This document shows, piece by piece, positions 18,374-26,674 of a DNA stretch of 43,024 bases. The stretch is from an uncultured archaeon. GTDB taxonomy: Archaea; Iainarchaeota; Iainarchaeia; Iainarchaeales; DTGL01. Numbering within the stretch: position 1 is the stretch's first letter; the number at the start of each line of letters is the position of its first letter. The stretch covers positions 37,326-80,349 of the forward strand of contig CAZKED010000004.1 of the NCBI GenBank assembly GCA_964551725.1, in the 5' to 3' direction. The translations under genes were made by a program, and so were the position numbers. The notes beneath the pieces are model-generated. The model did no database searches and had not been told where the DNA came from. It saw only the letters and a program-made list of their open reading frames with translations.

Positions 18374-18723
18374 ATGACTAAATTTCGGATTAAGCATTTG
18401 GAAAAGGAGAGATATAAAGGGAGATATGAAATTGAATTTTATTTTAATGGAGAGTGGGAACAACTGGCATGGCTGGGGGCAGCTATAGTAGGCAAGATAA
18501 GGGCCAGAGTGTTGTTGATTGGATGGGTCATGGATTTAAAAAGCCTGATTTTAGCGGTCCCTTCGCTTTATCAATGATTTTAACTGATTTCGAAGAAACC
18601 TTGGTTATAGCAGAAGAGAACGCCCTGACTTTCAAGCCAGGATTTTTTACTTCAGGTATTTTGCTTGTTGTTTGCTCCATTTTTTGTTCGGGGTTTTTTT
18701 CAGCCATTCAGCGTATTGGTTGA
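18374..18723 (+). pseudogene. Possible frameshifted gene remnant in the AT-richer segment (ORFs 18374-18577 and 18454-18723)
   Basis: Two overlapping + ORFs that one extra G in the G5 run at 18475-18479 would join; TATA-like TTATATA upstream. No recognisable homology. Confidence 0.25.
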
Positions 18724-18811
18724 CGAATTCCATGCGCTGTTTTCTGTTTCTTTCCTTTTCCTCTTCCAGTTCTTTGAGGTCTTTTTCCGTTAATTCCAGT
18801 CCTTTTTCCAT
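18647..18811 (-). CDS. Small 54-aa protein, putative partner (antitoxin-like) of the nucleotidyltransferase; absent from the ORF track
   Basis: MEKGLELTEKDLKELEEEKERNRKQRMEFVNQYAEWLKKTPNKKWSKQQAKYLK*. GAGGCGG RBS; overlaps the 3' end of the upstream NTase gene. Confidence 0.7.
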   Translation of the reverse strand: MEKGLELTEKDLKELEEEKERNRKQRMEFVNQYAEWLKKTPNKKWSKQQAKYLK

Positions 18812-19407
18812 AAAACCGCCTCTGCCTGCTTTTCAACTCTTAGTTCACTGATTTGCTTTTTCAATAGTTTCATGTCCAAATGTTCTTTAAAAACCTGGTA
18901 GAGGTGCCTCGCATCCTCACGGTCCTTGTCGCTGCCAAGGCTCAGCTTGAATGCAATCTGCAATTCTATTTCGGATGCCCACAGTTTTTTCCTGTTGAGG
19001 ACTACCTGCACTTTGTTTTTTAAGGAGTAAATGTTGTATCTTGTCTTCGGAAACTTCAGTTCAAAGTTGGGTTGAATCATTCCTTTTTCCGCGAACCTTA
19101 CTGCCAGTTTTTCCTGCAGGTAATCTTTGTAAGCGCTTTCCGGGCTTGCGGCATTAATGCACTGGAAACCCTCTTTTTCGAGTTCTTTCCAGAACAACTT
19201 GAATTTTTCAAGCGGCATTTCTTTAATGAACATGTCAACATCTTCGGTGTGCCTGCTTCTCCCGAACAGTATTGCTATATACCCTGAAACAATGACGTAT
19301 TCAATTTCAAGCCGGTCAAGAACTCTCACGAATTTTATGACAAGCCTATCCAGGTTTGACAGTTCTCGCTCAAACTTTATCCTGTTTTCCGTGAACTCAA
19401 ATTCCAT
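18790..19407 (-). CDS. Predicted nucleotidyltransferase (Pol-beta superfamily, AbiEii/DUF6036-like)
   Basis: YVIVSGYIAILFGRSRHTEDVDMF (GG/SG...R.T.D.D) and C-terminal K...GSDKD..DA motifs; probable ATG at 19407. Confidence 0.78.
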   Translation of the reverse strand: MEFEFTENRIKFERELSNLDRLVIKFVRVLDRLEIEYVIVSGYIAILFGRSRHTEDVDMFIKEMPLEKFKLFWKELEKEGFQCINAASPESAYKDYLQEKLAVRFAEKGMIQPNFELKFPKTRYNIYSLKNKVQVVLNRKKLWASEIELQIAFKLSLGSDKDREDARHLYQVFKEHLDMKLLKKQISELRVEKQAEAVLWKKDWN

Positions 19408-19503
19408 AACAAGAGGGAAAGGCAAACATAATTTAACATTTGCCATTTTCTGGGTTAATCTGCCTGAAAGGAGCATATTAATTGGAGCGGATGTAATTAA
19501 TTG

Positions 19504-20541
19504 TCAGCTGATTCTGTAACGGAGCAAAGCAGCAATTCCGCCTATTCCTTCGAGCTGCTTTCCCGCTTCGCTTTCCGCGTCAAGTATGTGCACTTTGCCG
19601 CGCGCTTGCTCCACTTGCTGCATCAATTCCTCCAGTTCAGCGCGCTTTTCAAGAAAGAATTTGTCAAGCAGGAGCAGTTTTTTCACGCTTCCCGCAAGCA
19701 CGGCTTTCTTTACCTGTTCCGGGCCATACTCTGCCAGCCCTGTTTCCCTGCCCAGTTCTGCCAGCACTTCTTCCATTATTTTTGCGTCCAGTGCAACCTG
19801 CATTTTTTCCATTATTTTTCCAGCGCGCTTGCCCTTGAGCAGTTCGTTCAGGCCCGTTACTCCAATGCTGTTGGTGCCCTCCACCAGCGTTTTTCCCCCG
19901 AATCCCTTTTCTCTGAGGAATTCCGCGAAATCGCTTTTTGTGAAGCCCGGTCCGGCAACGAGCAGCTGCTCTGTTCCCGTTTCCTCAATCTTTTTGAGCA
20001 ATTTTTGGAAGAATGTATTTTCCCAGTCCCCTGCGTCGAACTGCTTTCCGCTCTTGCCACTTCTCAACGAGCCTTTCCTTTCCACCTTGAACGCGCGCAG
20101 TTCGAAAAAGTCCGCTCTTTCGTCATCCAGCAGGATGCAGAGCAATGGTTTTGCATGCGTGGTTTTTTCCGCTTTTTTCAGCCTTTCAATGTGCCTTTGC
20201 GAAAGATTTTCCTTTTCAATTTTCACCACAGTGCCTGCTTCAACTGAAAGCGAATGAGCTGCCCCGAGTTCAAGCATTTCCTGGGGTTTTCCCCCGGCGA
20301 TTGTTCCGTGAATCCTGAGAACGCCACTGAATTTGTCGAATTCCGTTTCCTGTACCCTGAGCTTTATGAACATTTTTTCCCTGCGAGTTTGCTCGCCCTC
20401 CCCCCCTTTTATTTTTCTGGTGCTGCTGCCGCTGACCAAATCGCCCTTTTCAATCACTCTCTCTAGGTGCCAGAGGTCGTCCTTTGATTCAGGCATTACA
20501 CGCGCAAAGCCCTTTTCCCTGTTTAACTTTATTATTCTCAT
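19504..20541 (-). CDS. pelA: Pelota / Dom34 ribosome rescue factor
   Basis: PESKDDLWHL...GDLV...R, LRIHGTI, VAGPGFTK, YG...V..A...G.V..LL, GKQL..IGGIAALLRY. Confidence 0.95.
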   Translation of the reverse strand: MRIIKLNREKGFARVMPESKDDLWHLERVIEKGDLVSGSSTRKIKGGEGEQTRREKMFIKLRVQETEFDKFSGVLRIHGTIAGGKPQEMLELGAAHSLSVEAGTVVKIEKENLSQRHIERLKKAEKTTHAKPLLCILLDDERADFFELRAFKVERKGSLRSGKSGKQFDAGDWENTFFQKLLKKIEETGTEQLLVAGPGFTKSDFAEFLREKGFGGKTLVEGTNSIGVTGLNELLKGKRAGKIMEKMQVALDAKIMEEVLAELGRETGLAEYGPEQVKKAVLAGSVKKLLLLDKFFLEKRAELEELMQQVEQARGKVHILDAESEAGKQLEGIGGIAALLRYRIS

Positions 20542-20600
20542 CTTCTCACACCAAACTATCCACCAAAAAACAATTAAATTCTTTCACAAACGGTTTTATT

Positions 20601-22388
20601 ATGAAAAAGGAAAGCGATGAAAGGATACGCATAGCGGTAATTGATTACAGGAAATGCGCCCCGCAGAAATGCGGATACCTGTGCATGAATGTCTGTCCAG
20701 TGAACAGGCTCGGGAAGGAATGCATTGTCAAGAGTGCGGAGAATGCTCCGCAGATTTCTGAAACGCTCTGCACGGGCTGCAGGATTTGCGTTCACAAGTG
20801 CCCTTTCAATGCAATAAGCATTGTGAACTTGTCCGCTTCTCTTGGAAAGCCGGTGCACCAGTTCGGGAAAAACGGCTTCCGCTTGTACGGGCTGCCCACG
20901 CCTTCCGATACCGGCATTGTCGGATTGATTGGAAGGAACGGCATTGGGAAGAGCACTGCGCTCAGCATTCTCGCCGGAAAAATCATTCCTAACCTGGGGG
21001 AAGGGCGGGGAAAGGATTATTCTGCAGTAACAGAGTTCTTCAAGGGCAGGGAATTGCAGGCCTTTTTTGAAAGCCTTGCGGGAAAAAAGGCAGGGGTTTC
21101 CTTCAAGCCCCAGCGCATTTCCGCCATTCCGGAAAAATTCAAGGGTTCTGTTCGAGAACTCCTGCAGCAGTTCAACGAATCAGGTAATGAGAAAACCCTG
21201 CGGCAAACAGCGGAGGAATTCTCCCTCGCTGGAATTCTTTCAAGCAGCGTTGCGAAAATTTCAGGCGGTGAACTGCAGCGCTGCGCCATTGCCGCGGCAA
21301 TGTTGAAGAATGCGGAGCTTTACTTTTTCGACGAGCCCACTTCATATCTCGACGTGGGAGAAAGGCTCAGGGTGGCGAAGCAGATAAGGGCTCTTGCGCA
21401 AAAGGGAAAAAAGGTAATGGTTGTGGAGCACGATTTGGCGGTGCTTGACTACTTGAGCGATTTTGTCCATGTTTTGTTCGGACAGAAAGCCGTTTACGGG
21501 GCGATAGGCTCGAGACAGAGTGTCCGCAACGGTATAAACCAGTACTTGGAGGGATACCTCAAAACGGAGAACATACGTTTCAGGGACAGGGAAATACGCT
21601 TTGATGTACGTTCTCCCGCGAAGTCCAGCGCGAAAAAAAAGGCAATGGATTACCCTGCACTGGAAAAAAAGTTCAGGGGGTTTTTCCTCAAAGCGGAGCC
21701 GGGGACGATAATGAAAGGCGAGGTTTTGGGGATCCTCGGACCCAATGCAACAGGGAAAACAACATTCGTTAAAATGCTTGCCGGCATCCTGAAGCCGGAT
21801 AACACCTCGCTGGATTCTTCTCTGCGCGTTTCCCTCAAGCCCCAGTACCTGCAGCCGGAAAGGGAAAAAACAGTGCAGGAGTTCATTGCCGAAAGCAATG
21901 TCGAGCAAAAACTGTTCAACAGCGAAGCGCTCCCTGCGTTCAATCTCAGGGAACTCCTTGAAAGAAATCTTGAAGAACTGAGCGGCGGTGAACTGCAAAA
22001 AGTTGCAGTTTCCGTTGCATTGTGCAGGGATGCTGATTTGGTGTTGCTCGACGAACCCTCGGCTTTCCTCGACATTGAGGAAAGGTTGAATGCCGCCTCG
22101 CTGATTAAATCGATTACGCTTAAGAGGGAGAATGCCTGCCTGGTCGTTGATCACGATCTATTGTTCCAGGATTTTCTCAGCGACAGGCTCATCGTGTTTG
22201 AGGGAGTTCCTTCAAGGCGGGGTCATGCCCTCCCGCCGCAGGAAATGGAATCGGGAATGAACGAGTTCCTCTCCGCTCTGGGAATTACTTTCAGGCGCGA
22301 TCCGCAAACAGGCAGGCCCCGCGCTAACAAGTTCGATTCACAGAAAGACAAGGAGCAGAAAAAGAAAGACAAGTACTATTACGCCTGA
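20601..22388 (+). CDS. abce1: ABCE1/Rli1 ribosome recycling ATPase
   Basis: N-terminal 2x[4Fe-4S] Cys motifs, two ABC domains (GRNGIGKST, SGGELQR; GPNATGKTT, SGGELQK), TFRRD..TGRPRANK; ATG at 20601. Confidence 0.97.
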   Translation: MKKESDERIRIAVIDYRKCAPQKCGYLCMNVCPVNRLGKECIVKSAENAPQISETLCTGCRICVHKCPFNAISIVNLSASLGKPVHQFGKNGFRLYGLPTPSDTGIVGLIGRNGIGKSTALSILAGKIIPNLGEGRGKDYSAVTEFFKGRELQAFFESLAGKKAGVSFKPQRISAIPEKFKGSVRELLQQFNESGNEKTLRQTAEEFSLAGILSSSVAKISGGELQRCAIAAAMLKNAELYFFDEPTSYLDVGERLRVAKQIRALAQKGKKVMVVEHDLAVLDYLSDFVHVLFGQKAVYGAIGSRQSVRNGINQYLEGYLKTENIRFRDREIRFDVRSPAKSSAKKKAMDYPALEKKFRGFFLKAEPGTIMKGEVLGILGPNATGKTTFVKMLAGILKPDNTSLDSSLRVSLKPQYLQPEREKTVQEFIAESNVEQKLFNSEALPAFNLRELLERNLEELSGGELQKVAVSVALCRDADLVLLDEPSAFLDIEERLNAASLIKSITLKRENACLVVDHDLLFQDFLSDRLIVFEGVPSRRGHALPPQEMESGMNEFLSALGITFRRDPQTGRPRANKFDSQKDKEQKKKDKYYYA

Positions 22389-22464
22389 CTTAAATAAAAA
22401 GGGTCGTTCCTTTCTCTTTGAGCGATTGTTTTTGTTTTTATAGGTTTTCCGCCGTATTATTCCC

Positions 22465-23328
22465 ATGAGTCTCGGCTTTTTCAAATCCCGTGCAAAGATT
22501 CGCGCCCTTCTTTCCCGCGTTCCCCGGGGGCATTCCCTTTCCGCGCTTGAAAGGGCATTCGATGAATCCATTGCGCGCAGTGCCCGCGGCTTGGAAAAAG
22601 CAGCAGTGCTTTTTTCCGGCGGCGTTGATTCCTCGCTTATTGCGAGCGCTCTCTCCGGCTTCACGGAAGTGAAGCTTTATTGTTCGGGCATGGTTGATTC
22701 GCCGGTGCTCGGAAGAGCGGAGAAAAGTTCGGGGCTCTTGGGTCTCCCGCTCGAAATTACGTCGATTGAAAGAGGGGAAATTCCCCTGCTTGCTGAAACC
22801 GTTTCGGGAGCGATTGCTTCCCGCAGCATTCTCCAGCTGCAGATTGCCCTGCCCGCATTCTGTGCCCTGCGCGCGGTGAAGAGGGATTCTTTCCATGCAA
22901 TTTTTTCAGGGCAGGGCGCTGACGAGCTTTTTGCGGGCTACGTGGAATTTCTTTCGGTGCTTGAGCAGGGCGGCTATTCCGCTGTGGAGGAAAAGATAAG
23001 GGAGAAACTGCTCGGCTTTTACGAGAGGAATGCTTGCAGGGAAACGGCTCTTGCGCGCTTTTTCGGGCTTGAGCCAAAAACGCCTTTCCTTGACCGTGCC
23101 TTCATGCTCCAGGCGCTGGCTTTTCCGGCGGAGGAAAAAATTTTTTTCCCCGGTGATGCGCTGAGAAAGCATCCGTTGCGCGAACTTGCGCGCAGAAAAG
23201 GATTGCCGGAGGAAATCTGTTCAATGGAAAAAAAGGCAATTCAGTTCGATGCAGGGATTGCGGGGGAAGTGAAAAAGGCATTTGGAAAAATCAGGGGGCT
23301 TCCTGAATCCCGGACTGCACGTCGGTGA
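22465..23328 (+). CDS. Asparagine synthetase C-terminal (PP-loop synthetase) domain-only protein
   Basis: LFSGGVDSS PP-loop, SGQGADELFAGY, PFLD, RKHPLR...KKAIQF. No N-terminal glutaminase domain. Confidence 0.82.
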   Translation: MSLGFFKSRAKIRALLSRVPRGHSLSALERAFDESIARSARGLEKAAVLFSGGVDSSLIASALSGFTEVKLYCSGMVDSPVLGRAEKSSGLLGLPLEITSIERGEIPLLAETVSGAIASRSILQLQIALPAFCALRAVKRDSFHAIFSGQGADELFAGYVEFLSVLEQGGYSAVEEKIREKLLGFYERNACRETALARFFGLEPKTPFLDRAFMLQALAFPAEEKIFFPGDALRKHPLRELARRKGLPEEICSMEKKAIQFDAGIAGEVKKAFGKIRGLPESRTARR

Positions 23329-23755
23329 TTGTGCACGGAGGTCCTGCAACGGTTTTTTCAAATGTAATGCTTCCTGAATATGAGGCGCGGAAAATTTCCT
23401 CTCCGTCCACTTCAAGCTTTTTTTCGCATTCCAGGTCCAAGTTCACCGCGCCCCCCGCCGCGGTCAAATTGCTTGCAGTGCATGTAATTCCCGTCTGGTT
23501 GAATATTTCGTTGAGGGCGTTGTTGAATTCCGCGCTCGGGTCCTCTGAGTCGTTGCAGTTCTGGAGGAAAACGCTTGTTGTTTCCTTGTCGAGCACGAAG
23601 CGCGTGTTCTGCCACACTCTTTTAACGTCCGTTATTACTGTTGCGTAGCTCGACGAAGTCTTCCTTTCAATGCTTGCCTGGGTTGAAAAAACGATGAGTA
23701 TTACGACCGCGGTTGCCATCACCCCCATTGCCGCAGTGTAAATTCCTTTTTCCAT
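23291..23755 (-). CDS. Pilin-like / membrane-anchored secreted protein
   Basis: MEKG/IYTAAMGVMATAVVILIVF class III-like N-terminus and Cys-containing extracellular domain; translationally coupled (TGATG). Confidence 0.6.
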   Translation of the reverse strand: MEKGIYTAAMGVMATAVVILIVFSTQASIERKTSSSYATVITDVKRVWQNTRFVLDKETTSVFLQNCNDSEDPSAEFNNALNEIFNQTGITCTASNLTAAGGAVNLDLECEKKLEVDGEEIFRASYSGSITFEKTVAGPPCTITDVQSGIQEAP

Positions 23756-24057
23756 CACGACACCTTCTCGCAGTAAGTGTTGTGCTCTACCGCGCCGCTT
23801 ACAAAGTCCTGTACATAGAAGTATTTTTTGCACACTCCGTAATTCAAATCGTCCCATTCTGATTGCGTGGGCACGCTTCCGGGGAAAGTGTTGCCAGTGT
23901 AAAGCCCCACTGTCACTTCATCCTGTGCTTTGAGTTCGAGGTTCCTTAGCGCGGTGGTGCTTTCGAAGGCGGGCATTAAAACCCACACCGTGAGTATTGT
24001 CGTAACCGCTGTAATTGCGAGAATGCTGTCGATTGTGAAAACGAATCCTCTGTTCAT
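23755..24057 (-). CDS. Minor pilin-like protein
   Basis: MNRG/FVFTIDSILAI class III signal peptide. Confidence 0.72.
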   Translation of the reverse strand: MNRGFVFTIDSILAITAVTTILTVWVLMPAFESTTALRNLELKAQDEVTVGLYTGNTFPGSVPTQSEWDDLNYGVCKKYFYVQDFVSGAVEHNTYCEKVS

Positions 24058-24560
24058 TGCGAACGCCACACCCATAAAGTAACCGTTCCGGTGTCTATCC
24101 CGCACGCCCCACTCATGCAGTTTTCAAGGTTTTTCTTTGAAATCGGGCCGTTTGATGTCAGCGCTTTCCTTTCCTCCGAGTAAACGAAGGGCGCGTCTCC
24201 CACGACATCCCCCATTGAGAGCCCTCCGCTGGCATCGCTTATTTCCACCCTGAACTTGAAATCGTCAGGAATAAGCAAATCGCTTTTTGATGCAGCCGCG
24301 ATTCTGCCCTTGTCAGCGCAGTTTATTATGTTGTAGAGTTTTATTCCTCCTTCATCCTGCACTTCGCAGCTGAAATCCTCGTGGTTTAGGAGCATTGCGC
24401 TTGCAACCCTGCCTACTCTCTGTGTTTCCCAGAACAATTCGTCCTGTTTCATTTTGTAATTGTTTGCCTCAGCCGCCCTCATGACAAGACCTAGCGCGAG
24501 CATCACAAGCACAAGTGAGAAAACAAAGTCCAAGCTCACTATTTGTCCCTTTTTTTCCAT
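24054..24560 (-). CDS. Minor pilin-like protein
   Basis: MEKKG/QIVSLDFVFSLVLV class III signal peptide. Confidence 0.75.
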   Translation of the reverse strand: MEKKGQIVSLDFVFSLVLVMLALGLVMRAAEANNYKMKQDELFWETQRVGRVASAMLLNHEDFSCEVQDEGGIKLYNIINCADKGRIAAASKSDLLIPDDFKFRVEISDASGGLSMGDVVGDAPFVYSEERKALTSNGPISKKNLENCMSGACGIDTGTVTLWVWRSQ

Positions 24561-24565
24561 TGAAA

Positions 24566-24997
24566 TCACGTGTAGTCAATGTCGAGATATTCCCCGCTGT
24601 GCACTGTGAGGAGGGGTAGCGAGGAGGGCTTTACGAGGGAAACGGTTTCCTCGATCGTTTTTTCGTTGTACTTCGCGCTTACTTTCACTATTTGCCCGCT
24701 GCCGGGGGCGTTTTCTATTGCAACCGTGCAGGGAATCCCCGAAGACTTTCCCAGCAGATGCATTTCCGGAATCCTGTAGCGTACTGTGCCCTTGGCTTCC
24801 TGCTGGTCGTATATTGCGCTGACTCCTGCTATTTCCGCCACGGATTCTGCTATTTTTTTCTCCTGGCTCCTTATGTGGATTTCGCTCTGGTGTTCGGTGA
24901 ACTGCGCTGAAATCACGGAGAGAACTATTGCGATTGAGAAGAATGAAACAATTGTGAAAATGAATTCAATGCTTATCTGCCCTTTTCCAGCCCGCAT
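24566..24997 (-). CDS. Pilin-like protein with class III signal peptide
   Basis: MRAGKG/QISIEFIF: the KG/QxSxE motif; ATG at 24997. Confidence 0.8.
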   Translation of the reverse strand: MRAGKGQISIEFIFTIVSFFSIAIVLSVISAQFTEHQSEIHIRSQEKKIAESVAEIAGVSAIYDQQEAKGTVRYRIPEMHLLGKSSGIPCTVAIENAPGSGQIVKVSAKYNEKTIEETVSLVKPSSLPLLTVHSGEYLDIDYT

Positions 24998-25028
24998 GTA
25001 GTTATAATAAAAAAAGAAGTATTTAATC

Positions 25029-26276
25029 CTATTGCCTTTTTCCCGCGGCAATACTCAAAACCTTTCCCATTAATTCAATTCCCCGAATTCTTCCAATGCT
25101 TCCTTTTCCGCATTCCCTCTCCCCGAAGCGTTGCACGGAATCCGCTTTAATTCCCTTTCCCCATAAAAGCAGGGGAACAGGGTCTGAAGAATGGTCTTTT
25201 TTTGAGCAGGGCGTCGAGTGGTCCGCGGTAACAATTACAATTGCGTCCTCGAGTGCGAGCAGGGGTTTAAGCTCAGCGTCAATCCTTTCAATGAACCTTT
25301 TTTTTGCAGGCGCATCTCCGTCGTGCCCGAACACATCAGTTCCCTTGATGTGCACGAAAACAAAATCGTGCTTTCCTTTAAGTTCTTTTACAGCGCGGGA
25401 GATTTTTCCTTTTATGTTTGTCTGCGGCGTTCCCGTGGCTCCCCTTACATCAATCACTTTCATTCCGACCAGTGCTGCGACGCCCTTGTAAAGACCGCCG
25501 CCGGCAATGCAGCACGCATTCAATCCGTATTTCTCCCTGAAACTCCTGACTTTTTTCATTGCGCCTGCGCCCCGTGTCAGCACAAAATTTGCCTCAGGAA
25601 GTCCTCTCCTTTTCCTTTCAGCGTTCAGCGGGTGTTTTGACAGAATGCTGTGCGCTTTTTCCAGGAATTCGTTTAGAACGGAGGCAGTGAATTCCGCTTT
25701 CCCCGATCTGTCCGTTGCCTTTACTTTGAGCGCTTTTTTTCCCTCCTCGTGCGGATCGCTGTCGCTTACTTTTTCGCTGAGACCGGGACCCCGCATTACA
25801 ATTGCAACGCGGTGGGAAGTGCCTGCTTTCACTAAAAATTGAATGCCCTGAATACGCATTCCGTTGAGGGCTTTTGCCAGTTTAACCGCGTTTTTTATTC
25901 TTCCGGCGCGCCTGTCCAGTATCCTCCTTTCCCGGTCAACCGTTCCCAGATTGCCTCTAAACGCCACATCACCGTGCTTTAAATTCATTTTAATGCCCAA
26001 TGCTTCAATTGGACCGCGTCCGACCCTTATTTTTTTGAAATCATAGCCGAATAAAGCAAGGTGGCCGCGGTCAGAGCTTGGGGTGAGACCTTTGCCAAGC
26101 ACGTCCATTATCCCGGTGATTCCCTCTGCAGCAAGTCGGTCCAGATTGGGCGTTTTGGCGGCTTCAAGCGGGGTTTTTCCCGCGAGTTCCCTGCAGGGCA
26201 AATCCCCCATCCCGTCGCAAACGACAAGCATTATTTTTGCCCTTTTTCCTTTCACGGTCACTCCGCCACGCTCCAT
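25029..26276 (-). CDS. apgM: 2,3-bisphosphoglycerate-independent phosphoglycerate mutase
   Basis: DGMGD...GKTPLEAAKTPNLD, GRGPIEALG, DRRAGRI, HIKGTD..GHDGD, TADHSTP...HSSDPVP. Confidence 0.95.
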   Translation of the reverse strand: MERGGVTVKGKRAKIMLVVCDGMGDLPCRELAGKTPLEAAKTPNLDRLAAEGITGIMDVLGKGLTPSSDRGHLALFGYDFKKIRVGRGPIEALGIKMNLKHGDVAFRGNLGTVDRERRILDRRAGRIKNAVKLAKALNGMRIQGIQFLVKAGTSHRVAIVMRGPGLSEKVSDSDPHEEGKKALKVKATDRSGKAEFTASVLNEFLEKAHSILSKHPLNAERKRRGLPEANFVLTRGAGAMKKVRSFREKYGLNACCIAGGGLYKGVAALVGMKVIDVRGATGTPQTNIKGKISRAVKELKGKHDFVFVHIKGTDVFGHDGDAPAKKRFIERIDAELKPLLALEDAIVIVTADHSTPCSKKDHSSDPVPLLLWGKGIKADSVQRFGERECGKGSIGRIRGIELMGKVLSIAAGKRQ

Positions 26277-26629
26277 TCAATTTCGCGCCCTTTCACGTCG
26301 AACATCCTCGCATTCTCAATATTGAATGGGTAGGAGATTATTAAATGTATTTCCCCAGTTTTTGCGAACGCCCGCAAGTCCCCGCGAGACGGCGTTGCAG
26401 CAGGACCGGGATGGGAGTGCGCGCTGCCCTTTATTGAAAAATCCACCGGCACCAGGTCCAAGCGGAATGAAGCATGCTGCTTTCCGTAAATGCTCGGAAT
26501 CATTACAATTTCGTCGATTATTCCGTTTTTTCCACTGCTTCCGAGCAATGCAAAGAATTCATTGGGATAAAGATTTCGCGCGGCTTGGGCGATCGCTTCA
26601 AGCGTTGCGCGCTTTATTTTAACCGCCAT
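26258..26629 (-). CDS. JAB/MPN (Mov34) metalloprotease domain protein
   Basis: YPNEF N-terminal Glu and HSHP...PSRGD JAMM motif. Confidence 0.88.
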   Translation of the reverse strand: MAVKIKRATLEAIAQAARNLYPNEFFALLGSSGKNGIIDEIVMIPSIYGKQHASFRLDLVPVDFSIKGSAHSHPGPAATPSRGDLRAFAKTGEIHLIISYPFNIENARMFDVKGREIEWSVAE

Positions 26630-26674
26630 AGTACTAATAACCCCCCGCACTTAATTAAAGTGAGCGTTTCCTCT

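Noticed and set aside
20484-20600. N-terminal extension of ABCE1 in the ORF track (similar extensions on the aldolase, pilin-like and NTase ORFs)
   Set aside because: The extensions overlap neighbouring genes or promoters; downstream ATGs match the family N-termini.
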